Positions 1 through 8,213 of a stretch of 64,000 nucleotides of DNA are shown in pieces. Every line of letters starts with the position of its first letter. Positions within the stretch are counted from its first letter, which is position 1. Under the pieces are notes generated by a model. It had not been told where the DNA came from, made no database searches, and was given only the letters and a program-made list of their open reading frames with translations. The DNA is taken from positions 1-64,000 of the IMG/VR virus record IMGVR_UViG_3300020050_005398, one strand, 5' to 3'. The DNA is from a virus. Taxonomy: Duplodnaviria > Caudoviricetes. Position numbers and translations under genes: made by a program.

Positions 1-885
1 CAACCACTACCAATGAAGAAAGTCATGCACTTTAAAGTAGGTAGACACCGTGGTGATCCTTACGGTAAGTCACCGTTGCGTGATGCGTATCTTGCTTGGC
101 GTTACCTTACTGTACTTGAAGATATTGAAGCAACGGGTGTAGCGAAGGATTTGCAAGGTATTCCTGTGCTTACGTTGCCACCGCAAATGATGGCTGCTGA
201 TGCTCCAGCAGATCAAAAAGCTGCGTATGCTTACTTCCAGAACTGCATGGTTAACTTGCAGAATAACCAGCAAGCAAGTATTATTCTACCTGCTTTGTTT
301 GATTCTGAAACTAAACAACCACTGATTAAACTTGAGTTGCTGCGTAACGAAGGTAAAAAGAACTTTGATACAGTTCAAGTAAAAGAATACTACAAGAATC
401 TAATCCTTACTTCACTATTTGCTGATGTATTGATTATGGGGCAAGGTAAAACTGGTAGTTTTGCTTTGGGTAGTATTAAGACTACCTTAATCGGCAATGT
501 CATCGAATCAATGCTCAAGACAATCCGTGACGTAGTTAACCGTGATTTGATTCGTCAGACTTACCAGCTTAACGGATGGGATGCAGCACGAGCATGCACA
601 GTTGATTACGACAATCTAGAACCTATCGATCTTGAATCATTGAGTAAATACGTTCAGCGTATTAGTTCAGTTGGAATGATGGTTAAAGACGTTGAGACTA
701 TCAACCGTATTCGTTCTATCATGGGTGTTGACCCTGTTGAGATGACGGAAGAAGAACTGGTAGATAAACTTACACCAGAAACATCAAGAGCAGGGGATGG
801 AATGTCCAAAGGTTCTGGTAATGGGACTTCTGACGAAGTAGCTGGAACTGATAATTCTAGTCTTAACGCAGATAATAATGCGTAA
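1..885 (+). CDS. Portal protein, 3' part (5' end lies outside the window)
   Basis: Frame open from base 1; portal-like motifs (SPLRDAYLAW, LFADVLIMGQGKTGSFALG); upstream of the head genes. Confidence 0.75.
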   Translation, partial: QPLPMKKVMHFKVGRHRGDPYGKSPLRDAYLAWRYLTVLEDIEATGVAKDLQGIPVLTLPPQMMAADAPADQKAAYAYFQNCMVNLQNNQQASIILPALFDSETKQPLIKLELLRNEGKKNFDTVQVKEYYKNLILTSLFADVLIMGQGKTGSFALGSIKTTLIGNVIESMLKTIRDVVNRDLIRQTYQLNGWDAARACTVDYDNLEPIDLESLSKYVQRISSVGMMVKDVETINRIRSIMGVDPVEMTEEELVDKLTPETSRAGDGMSKGSGNGTSDEVAGTDNSSLNADNNA

Positions 886-914
886 GTAAAGCACAATAAT
901 AACAAAGGAAATAT

Positions 915-1316
915 ATGACAATGCAAGCTGTTTATAACAACGCACTACGCCCGGTATCTTGTGATGCTAACGGTAATCTAATCGTTGCTGGTTCTTCTGC
1001 TAGTCCACTGCCTACTGCTGACACGCTCGGTGGTACACGCGAACATGCTCTAGCCACCATGACCCGTCAAGCTGTAGGTTCTACGTCAGCACGAGTAGCG
1101 TTACCTACTCTAGGTACTTCTCGTGAAATGTACGTGATGGCTAATACTCGCTGTTACTTTATGACAGGTAATTCATCTGTTACTGCTGCTGCTGGTACAT
1201 CACATCCTCTAGCTATTGACGAACGGTTTTACTTCCGAGTACCAGCAGGACATACGCACATTGCTTATATCCGTGATGCTTCTGATGGTTTTATCAGTAT
1301 TGTTCCGGTGGCTTAA
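915..1316 (+). CDS. Putative virion accessory/head-decoration beta-sandwich protein
   Basis: AAGGA RBS; A/T/S/G-rich, strand-like sequence; directly after portal. Confidence 0.5.
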   Translation: MTMQAVYNNALRPVSCDANGNLIVAGSSASPLPTADTLGGTREHALATMTRQAVGSTSARVALPTLGTSREMYVMANTRCYFMTGNSSVTAAAGTSHPLAIDERFYFRVPAGHTHIAYIRDASDGFISIVPVA

Positions 1317-1318
1317 TT

Positions 1319-2116
1319 ATGATGTTTAGACCCGGAAATTTGGGACACATTGGGCGGCTGGGCCTCATGTCAGCATCGCAGGCCACACTTTTGCAACAGG
1401 CCATCGCCGCCATCAGGCGCAACAACGGTGCGCTGTTTTACGTGCCATCGAACTTTGCAGGATCGTGGACTGACAGCGCAGGGACTGACCCGGTGAACGA
1501 GGTTGCGGATGTGATCGGGCGCATGACAGACCGCACAGGTGGTACTGGCGTGGCTACGCAGGCCACCACGGCTAACAAGCCGACAGTGCAGACAAACGCG
1601 CAGGGCCGGTACGTGATGCGTTTTGACGGAAGCAATGACGGCCTTACTACAAACATCACCACTGGCAATGAAGGGTGGGTTTGTGCTGGGGTGTCGATAA
1701 CCGACAGCAACTCGACCATCGTTTGCTCCGGTGCGGGCAGCAATGCACAAAAAGGCATTTGGGCGTACAGGACAGCTTCAAACGACGCTGTGAACATGTT
1801 GGTTGGGAACGGCACACTTGTATCAAATGCAGTCGCTCGCCCCATGCCCGCTGGCGTACCGTGTGTGTGGGAAGGGTGGTGGACAGCCACAACAGTTGGA
1901 CAAGCTGTGGACGGGGTCGGGGCGAGCGACGCGGCTCGTACAGGTGACGCAATTCCGCCCCCATCTACGCTGCGCATCGGGGCATACACGGACGGCGTAA
2001 CTTATCCGCTTGCTGGCGAAATGACCGCCCAAGTTATCTGCCCCGTACTCCCATCCGCAGCAGACCGCGCAATCATTCGCAAGTGGATCGGGTCACTTCA
2101 GGGGCAGACGTTATGA
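1319..2116 (+). CDS. Concanavalin/LamG-like domain protein (putative head fibre or adhesin), GC-rich
   Basis: Motifs WTDSAGT..V..V..M.DR.G and A.Q.T.ANKP...RFDGS.D.L; visibly more GC-rich than flanks. Confidence 0.6.
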   Translation: MMFRPGNLGHIGRLGLMSASQATLLQQAIAAIRRNNGALFYVPSNFAGSWTDSAGTDPVNEVADVIGRMTDRTGGTGVATQATTANKPTVQTNAQGRYVMRFDGSNDGLTTNITTGNEGWVCAGVSITDSNSTIVCSGAGSNAQKGIWAYRTASNDAVNMLVGNGTLVSNAVARPMPAGVPCVWEGWWTATTVGQAVDGVGASDAARTGDAIPPPSTLRIGAYTDGVTYPLAGEMTAQVICPVLPSAADRAIIRKWIGSLQGQTL

Positions 2117-2188
2117 GCTACACCGCCAGCATCACTATCACCGTCCCCGCTGCGCTGTACAGCGTGGCCTGCGCAGTTGCCCGCGCCA
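2113..2188 (+). pseudogene. 5' fragment (about 25 codons, MSYTASITITVPAALYSVACAVARA) of a donor downstream gene, truncated at a recombination junction
   Basis: ATGA overlap with the LamG stop; protein-like for 25 codons, then runs out of frame into the remnant at 2189. Confidence 0.5.
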
Positions 2189-2299
2189 ATTCGGGGCACC
2201 ATCGGAGCCACCATCATCATACCATCCGCATTACCAACGGCTTCAGAGCGTGCAATTCTTCGCAGATTCATCGCAAGTTTATCTGGTGTTACTCTTTAA
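2189..2299 (+). pseudogene. Orphan C-terminal remnant of a former LamG-like allele (IRGTIGATIIIPSALPTASERAILRRFIASLSGVTL*)
   Basis: Hand translation aligns with the C-terminus of 1319..2116 (LAGEMTAQVICPVLPSAADRAIIRKWIGSLQGQTL*); no start codon. Confidence 0.75.
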
Positions 2300-2314
2300 T
2301 ATAAAGGAAATAAA

Positions 2315-2674
2315 ATGAAAGAACTTAATCAATTCGATTCAAGTATTGTAGGTAAACCTTACAGTAGGGTAATGAATATCAACATCAAGTACACATCTAC
2401 AATGACTGCACAAGTAGATGTTCTGCTTCAACCACACGTTAAACTACTTGATGATACGCACGTTGCTCTTGGTGTATCCGAGACTCTTACCTTCGGTATC
2501 TCTCCAGAAGATATTATGAAAGGTTCAGTGGAACTGCGGGATGTATCTACAGGTAAAGCTCTTGGTGCTAGTATGCTGCTTGCACATTTGTTTACTGGCG
2601 TAGCTTCGTTGATTCGTGCCAAGGAACTAGAACAAGAGCAAGCACAGGTTCAACCAGAAGTTGTAACTGAGTAA
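2315..2674 (+). CDS. Hypothetical protein, possibly fibre-associated or chaperone
   Basis: AAGGA RBS, phage-like codon usage, last gene of the accessory cassette. Confidence 0.55.
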   Translation: MKELNQFDSSIVGKPYSRVMNINIKYTSTMTAQVDVLLQPHVKLLDDTHVALGVSETLTFGISPEDIMKGSVELRDVSTGKALGASMLLAHLFTGVASLIRAKELEQEQAQVQPEVVTE

Positions 2675-2717
2675 AGTATAGACAAAACAAAAGTCTATAT
2701 TTTATTTCCTAAATAAA

Positions 2718-2751
2718 AAAGCTACTAAAGGAATTAACCAATAGTAGCTTT
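2718..2751. terminator. Bidirectional hairpin AAAGCTACTA/TAGTAGCTTT
   Basis: 10-bp stem between convergent ORFs, A/T-flanked. Confidence 0.55.
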
Positions 2752-2767
2752 GTAATGTTTATTCTAT

Positions 2768-3148
2768 TTACTGAATCTCAATAGGTAGAGTACCTTTGAA
2801 GAATTGAATCAGTCTAGTCTTTTCTTTTGGTGTACTTGACAACCATTGTGCAGTCTGGTTAAGTTTACCTTCAGTTTGTTTTGTTAGTACCTTCAGGTTA
2901 TGTGCAAGGTTATCATCTTTCCTGATGATTAGTCTAAGCTCATCTACTTCTGAAGTATTGCACACATCTGCAATCTTTAACAGAATATCTGCTGGTGCTA
3001 GACAAGCAATAGTTCCATTCTTCATTAGTTTAATACTATCAGGAATCCAAGTATCCTTATCTCCCCAATTGAATGATACTTTGTAGTATTTAAGATCAAG
3101 GAATTTATGAACAAGTTCTAGCTTTACTGTAAGTTTCATCAAGTACAC
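2768..3148 (-). CDS. Hypothetical protein, the only minus-strand gene in the structural block
   Basis: 126-aa ORF, GTG start preceded by AGAAAG(G). Confidence 0.55.
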   Translation of the reverse strand: MYLMKLTVKLELVHKFLDLKYYKVSFNWGDKDTWIPDSIKLMKNGTIACLAPADILLKIADVCNTSEVDELRLIIRKDDNLAHNLKVLTKQTEGKLNQTAQWLSSTPKEKTRLIQFFKGTLPIEIQ

Positions 3149-3786
3149 CTTTCTTATTTAGTAAAAACAAAAGCTACTACATCAAGTATAACCTTAGTTA
3201 ACCTGCAAGTAGTAGCTTAGTATTTATTAGTTACTTACTACCTTATACAGTAAGTATCTATGTAAGTTCTTATATTAGTATCTACGTTAGTATCTACATA
3301 AGAACCATTATTCTCTAGGAAGATTCTACTATAGGAACACTTTTAGGCTTTTTGGACGTACCTGTAGCTACCCCGTTGGTTTCTCAGTAAAAACTAAGAA
3401 ACTAGCAGAGTAGCATATTGGTGGGCATCCTAGCCTGACGTGTTCCAGATAGTCGATAGTAAGATATTCTCTTAGGTCTGCAACTATAAGCTCTAGCGTG
3501 TACCAGTCACTAGAAGCTCGTCTGTATTTTATAACTCGATGTAGGAGCGGTTAAGCTGCATTCCACACCGTTGAGTTACCCTTTTCGCAATACAGATATG
3601 AATAGAAGAACGGGAGCTTGACTGAGAATTTGCACTCATCGTTTTTGATTGTTGTTTACCGGGGCTTCCTTAGCAACAAAAAGGCAATAGTCAAGACTTG
3701 ATGAATGACATTGTGATAGCAACTCCATGCTACCCTAATTACCCGAACTCCTTACAACGCATGATCACGCTGCTGGTATGACTTGA

Positions 3787-3815
3787 ATTGTACACTGGTT
3801 TACTGGAAGTTTCAA
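3787..3815 (-). promoter_or_regulatory. Sigma70-type promoter TTGAAA-17-TACAAT
   Basis: Read on the minus strand; points into ~630 nt of ORF-free DNA. Confidence 0.55.
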
Positions 3816-3920
3816 GTAAAAAGATAAGAAACTTCAAAGATTCTTTTCTGTTGCTTGAGTCGAGTAGAAACAGCAGTAGGTTGACTTGCGGGAATGCCTC
3901 TGGAAGCCTCACACAGCACG

Positions 3921-3987
3921 CTACAAGCGTTTTAAATCTTGAGTTGATACCTACGTAGCCTTACGAGAAATAATCGCTCCTAGAGCG
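3921..3987 (+). repeat. Dispersed element, copy 1
   Basis: Core GTTGATACCTACGTAGCCTTACGAGAAATAATCGCT at 3943-3978. Confidence 0.85.
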
Positions 3988-4086
3988 TTGTATAAAACTC
4001 TGTGGTTGTTTGTAGGCTGAACCAAGGTTGCTACTGGCATTCTAACGCAAGTTATACGATAGTTTTTAACTACCGTACACCTTAAC

Positions 4087-4115
4087 TTGATTATATTAGT
4101 AAATACTGCTATAAT
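4087..4115 (+). promoter_or_regulatory. Sigma70-type promoter TTGATT-17-TATAAT with extended -10
   Basis: TGcTATAAT; upstream of the head operon. Confidence 0.7.
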
Positions 4116-4185
4116 TATTTCCGTTGTTGTATGCGTTAATTAATAGTAAGTAGCGCAATGAACTAAAAGAATAAAAAGGAGATTT

Positions 4186-4578
4186 ATGCAAGGTAAATCG
4201 AAACTAATCCAAATCTACAAATCAACAGAAGATACTGAACTGATGCAGGCTACGTTCGTAGTGCTTGTACCAGATGAAGTTGATCTGCACGGTGATACCG
4301 TAGATGAAGCTACTGTTAGAGCAGGTTGTCACAACTTCAATTTGTTTTGCCGTAAAGCCAATCTGTTTCATATGCAGGCGACTACATCGTTTGATATTGT
4401 AGAAAGCTACGTAGCTCCTGTTGATATGCAGATTGGTGATAAGTTTGTAACAAAAGGAACTTGGTTGGCTACTGTGCAAGCTAATACTGAAGACGTTTGG
4501 CAAGCAATCAAATCTGGAGCAATTGCGGGTTTAAGCATCGGTGCAATGGCAGAAGTGCACGAAGTTGAAACCGAATAA
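4186..4578 (+). CDS. XkdF-like putative prohead protease
   Basis: VLVPDEVDLHGD, F..MH, ESY.AP.D, KGTWL, W..IK.G...GLSIGA. Confidence 0.8.
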   Translation: MQGKSKLIQIYKSTEDTELMQATFVVLVPDEVDLHGDTVDEATVRAGCHNFNLFCRKANLFHMQATTSFDIVESYVAPVDMQIGDKFVTKGTWLATVQANTEDVWQAIKSGAIAGLSIGAMAEVHEVETE

Positions 4579-4593
4579 ATATAAAGGATGTAA

Positions 4594-5571
4594 ATGACTA
4601 CTGAAAAGAAAAAGCGTGTGCTTAAAAACCTAGATTTCAAAGGTGATAACGCTCACATTGCATTGGTTAGTGCTGCACAAGGTGGCCCAGCGAATGCTTG
4701 CGGGTTCGCATTGGTTCTGAAAAGCACTGAAGGTTATCCAAAAGAATTCGTTGAGAAGATGCAGCAAGTTCGTGTGACGTATGAACTTCCAGAGTTCCTT
4801 CGTACAGTATTCGGATTGTACTACGAAGATGCTGAAGTTCTTGCACGTATGCTTGGTTATGTTGAACCTGAGAATGAAACATCAAGCTCTGATAACTGGT
4901 ACGAAGATTATCTGAACAAGAAGATTGAATCGTTTGAAGTTCTGAAATCCTTGAACTCTGCTGAATCTATTACTGAAGCACTTGCTGCAATTAAACCTGA
5001 AGATTATCTCAAGATTCTTCAAGATCAGCAAATGATCGAAAAGGCTTTGCTGGATGCTGATAAAGCTAAGGCACAAGAAGGCTCAACCGAAGCCGTAGCA
5101 ATCGCTAAAGAATCGGGTAAAGCGAAGGTTGTTCCTTCTGGTAAAAAGAAAACGGAGAAAGCTATGACACAAAAAGTCGAAGGTACTCCTGAAGTTGAAA
5201 TGATTGAAAAATCAGCATTGACAGCAGTGGAAAAAGCACTGCAAGATAAGCAAGTTGAACTTCAGAAAGCACTTGATAAACTGAAAGAAATTGAAGAAGT
5301 ACAAAAACAAGCAGTGATTAAGTCTAAGTCAGACAAGATTGCTGTACTGGTTAAAGACGAAGTACAACGTGCAATTATCACGAAAGCAAGTCTGAGCCTT
5401 GAATCTGAAGATGATTTTGGCGCGTTTGTTGCTGCTATTGAAGCAATGATGAATTCGATTACTACTTCAGATATGTTTGTTGAAAAAGGACTGAATGTTC
5501 AACCTCAAGAAACTAATCCTGTATCTGCGCTGGATCGCGCAATCGCTGCCAAGTTTGGCGTAAAACAATAA
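4594..5571 (+). CDS. Scaffold / capsid maturation protein
   Basis: N-terminal L..LDF....HIALV...QGG.AN, then an acidic coiled coil; between protease and capsid genes. Confidence 0.65.
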   Translation: MTTEKKKRVLKNLDFKGDNAHIALVSAAQGGPANACGFALVLKSTEGYPKEFVEKMQQVRVTYELPEFLRTVFGLYYEDAEVLARMLGYVEPENETSSSDNWYEDYLNKKIESFEVLKSLNSAESITEALAAIKPEDYLKILQDQQMIEKALLDADKAKAQEGSTEAVAIAKESGKAKVVPSGKKKTEKAMTQKVEGTPEVEMIEKSALTAVEKALQDKQVELQKALDKLKEIEEVQKQAVIKSKSDKIAVLVKDEVQRAIITKASLSLESEDDFGAFVAAIEAMMNSITTSDMFVEKGLNVQPQETNPVSALDRAIAAKFGVKQ

Positions 5572-5590
5572 TTAAATTAGGAGAATAAAT

Positions 5591-5989
5591 ATGTCTGTTA
5601 TTTCTACAAGCGTTCACACTCGCAGCAATCTGGTTGCACATGAATACCTGCCTTCATACGCTTATTGCACTGAAGTTGTTACCGTGAATGATACCGCAGG
5701 TACTTTGGCTGTTGGTACTGTCATGGGTAAGGTTACTTCCGGTGGTAAGTATAAACGCGCAGTTGAAACCGCAAGTGACGGTTCTAAAGTGTTCGGTGGT
5801 ATCGTTGGTGAAGCGGTGACTATTGCAGGTTCTACTGATACTAGCGTTGTGCTGATTACTCGCGGCCCAATCGGCATTAAGAAGGCTGGTATTGTACTGG
5901 ATTCTACTTACGATGATTCTACCAAGAAAAACGTAGTGTACGCAGCAATGACTGCTGCCGGTATGCAACTGCTTGAAGCCGCTGCTTAA
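5591..5989 (+). CDS. Head decoration protein (lambda gpD-like)
   Basis: GTVMGKVTSGGKY motif, 132 aa, directly before the capsid gene. Confidence 0.7.
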   Translation: MSVISTSVHTRSNLVAHEYLPSYAYCTEVVTVNDTAGTLAVGTVMGKVTSGGKYKRAVETASDGSKVFGGIVGEAVTIAGSTDTSVVLITRGPIGIKKAGIVLDSTYDDSTKKNVVYAAMTAAGMQLLEAAA

Positions 5990-6028
5990 TACGAATTTAA
6001 TAATAATTATAAATAAAGGAAATACACC

Positions 6029-7057
6029 ATGACTATTCGTTCCTACTCGAACAACTTTGAAGTCGTAGATCAGACACAAAGTCTGCTGAAAGTTCCACAA
6101 TCGTGGACTCTGTTGGGTTCCAGCGGTTTGTTCCAAGAAGAATCCCTGACTACACATGTGGCAACCTTCCAAGAGAATTCTGGAAGTCTTGTGGTGATCG
6201 GTGATTCTATCCCCGGTTCTAAGCCTATGACTGTTGGTAATGACCTGCGCAAGATTCATAGTTACGCGCTTACGCACCATCAAGTCGTTGATGCTCTGTA
6301 TCCTTCTGACATTCAAGGTAAGTCTGCTTACAATGATTTGTCTGTTGAAGATACCGAAAGTGCTGCTATTGTGCGCAAAATGGAAAAGATTCGCCGTAGT
6401 TTTGCTGTTACTCGTGAAATTGCTCGTTTCAAGACTCTCGGTACTGGTAACGTGTGGTCGCCTGGAGGCACTATCTCTGGTAACTTCTACACCGATTTCG
6501 GTTACACCCGCAATGAAGTTGACTTCGTGTTGGGTACTGCCACTACCGATATTATCGCGAAGTGCGAAGCTATCATCAGCGATTTCCAGTCTAAGGCGCA
6601 GGGTGACGAAGTTATTACTGGCGTGACTGGCTATGCTTCTCCTGCGTTTTTCTCGGCTCTCGTAGCTCACGCGAAGGTACAAGTCTCGTACACTGCACAA
6701 ATGCAGATTGCTGGAGCTAACATCCAGCGTGAACGTGCTCAGAATGGTGCCGGTGCTTTGCAACTGTACAGGACGTTCCGATTTGGTGGCATCAACTTCA
6801 TTGAAGTTCCTACTGTTCTGGCTGGTACTACGCTGATTACCGCTAAGGATTGTATCTTTGTTGCAGAAGGCACGGACGGTTTCACAACGTACATGGGGCC
6901 AGCTCGTCGCTTTGGCTTCGTCGGCACGTTCGGCCTCCCCGAGTACATGTGGACTCAACGCACTCAAGACTTGAAAGAAATCAAGATTGAGGCCGAATGT
7001 AACATGTTGAATGTGATTCGTAAACCGTACTTGGTCGCCAGAGGTTTTACGGCTTGA
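6029..7057 (+). CDS. Major capsid protein (lambda gpE-like)
   Basis: 342 aa, strongly biased codons, typical position, F.FGGI.F.E motif. Confidence 0.85.
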   Translation: MTIRSYSNNFEVVDQTQSLLKVPQSWTLLGSSGLFQEESLTTHVATFQENSGSLVVIGDSIPGSKPMTVGNDLRKIHSYALTHHQVVDALYPSDIQGKSAYNDLSVEDTESAAIVRKMEKIRRSFAVTREIARFKTLGTGNVWSPGGTISGNFYTDFGYTRNEVDFVLGTATTDIIAKCEAIISDFQSKAQGDEVITGVTGYASPAFFSALVAHAKVQVSYTAQMQIAGANIQRERAQNGAGALQLYRTFRFGGINFIEVPTVLAGTTLITAKDCIFVAEGTDGFTTYMGPARRFGFVGTFGLPEYMWTQRTQDLKEIKIEAECNMLNVIRKPYLVARGFTA

Positions 7058-7069
7058 GCGTAATTGGTT

Positions 7070-7089
7070 AGCCGTTAATTCGGCTTTCT
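7070..7089 (+). terminator. Short hairpin AGCCG/CGGCT + TTTC after the capsid gene
   Basis: 5-bp stem and weak U-tract; a second 8-bp hairpin at 7097-7118. Confidence 0.4.
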
Positions 7090-7132
7090 GAGATTTCCCA
7101 TTGGTTAACTCCAGTGGGGTAACACCAGAGTA

Positions 7133-7160
7133 TTGACATTCAGTATTCTGATGTTATCAT
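7133..7160 (+). promoter_or_regulatory. Promoter TTGACA-16-TATCAT (extended -10) overlapped by an 11-bp imperfect palindrome at 7126-7150
   Basis: CAGAGTATTGA-cat-TCAGTATTCTG covers the -35 box. Confidence 0.65.
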
Positions 7161-7175
7161 AAATTGATAAAGCAA

Positions 7176-7254
7176 CTTACAGCCTGATTACAGTCAGGTT
7201 TACCAAGGCGAAAGTGTCTGTAAGCACTTCCGGTTCCTTCGCCGGATAGCCTTG
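7176..7254 (+). ncRNA. Putative structured 5' leader (three-way junction plus pseudoknot) of the endonuclease gene
   Basis: Helices CCTGA/TCAGG, CAAGGC/GCCTTG, AGTG/CACT, TCCGG/CCGGA; loop CTGTAAG complementary to CTTACAG. Confidence 0.5.
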
Positions 7255-7280
7255 ACCTATATTAAATCTTGAAGGAGATT

Positions 7281-8198
7281 ATGAAGAAAGTAACTGTCAG
7301 AGATAAAACAAAAGTAAGAATTACTAATCAACTCTCGTTAGATAATAAAATTGGAAATGTTTTATGGGAAACTGCTAGACGAGAAGAAGGGAGTAAACAT
7401 ACCTATGTTGACGTTATTTGTACTAAGTGTCACGAGACCAATTGTGTTAGCTTATCTCACTTAGTAAAATCTTCATTTTTATGTAAAGGTTGTCTTAACA
7501 TAAAATATAAAGATTTTTGTGATAAGTTAAATTTAAAATTTATTGGAAAATATTTTGACATTGACACAACTTATGTTAAGACAGAGTGTAATATTTGCAA
7601 AACACATAGTAATATAAGCGTTGGTCAACTTAGACTTGGATTTTATAGGTGTGAAACTTGCCTAATGAATAAGTACAAATCAGCATTGTTGAATAAATTT
7701 TGTACCCTTATCAGCACTGAAAAGTTACCAGGAAAAGACATACTCATACACTATATTAATAAAGATGGCGTTACTTTTAAAGCATATAATACGAATGTAC
7801 TAAAAGGAAAGTTTGAAGTTTCCTTGAACGGTCGATGGGTACAACCTCATTCTACTTATCTTATCAAACTACAAGTTGAAGGTGATTTATTCATCTATAA
7901 AATAGGCACTGCAAACGACCCTATCCGCAGAGCTAAATCTTTGAAACTCAATAAGAACTACGAAGTATTCACTCTTGCTTCATTTGAAGATAGATTTGGT
8001 GCTGACAAACTTGAATCAGAGTTACATACCGAATTCTCAGAATATAGGTTGTGTCGTACAGAAGCTGAAAAGCATACCGATTCTAACGTCTTGCGTAAAA
8101 ACAAAACTGGACAGTACCACCGCGTAAAAGACGGTATCACCGAATGGTTCTCATCCGAAGTATTCAACATACTATCCCAACGATATAGCCTAGAATAA
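7281..8198 (+). CDS. Free-standing GIY-YIG (T5orf172-like) endonuclease with N-terminal CxxC zinc-ribbon repeats
   Basis: Four CxxC pairs; YLIK...YKIG.A.DP.RR...L and GITEWF; AT-rich; AAGGAG RBS before ATG 7281. Confidence 0.75.
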   Translation: MKKVTVRDKTKVRITNQLSLDNKIGNVLWETARREEGSKHTYVDVICTKCHETNCVSLSHLVKSSFLCKGCLNIKYKDFCDKLNLKFIGKYFDIDTTYVKTECNICKTHSNISVGQLRLGFYRCETCLMNKYKSALLNKFCTLISTEKLPGKDILIHYINKDGVTFKAYNTNVLKGKFEVSLNGRWVQPHSTYLIKLQVEGDLFIYKIGTANDPIRRAKSLKLNKNYEVFTLASFEDRFGADKLESELHTEFSEYRLCRTEAEKHTDSNVLRKNKTGQYHRVKDGITEWFSSEVFNILSQRYSLE

Positions 8199-8213
8199 AA
8201 CTAAGGAGTAATA

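Noticed and set aside
2083-2304. His-rich 73-aa ORF as a real metal-binding protein
   Set aside because: The HHRSHHHH run is an out-of-frame reading of the remnant's ATC/ACC codons at the recombination junction.
5654-6967. 437-aa antisense ORF over the decoration and capsid genes
   Set aside because: Shadow of strong codon bias on the coding strand; no recognisable motif. The same applies to the antisense ORFs in the tail tube, tape measure, polymerase and LamG genes.
7176-7260. Hammerhead or HDV-like ribozyme in the endonuclease leader
   Set aside because: CUGAUUA lacks the conserved G8 and a closing stem II. The UUCCUUCG loop looks HDV-like, but the P1.1 GG, P4 and J4/2 elements are missing.
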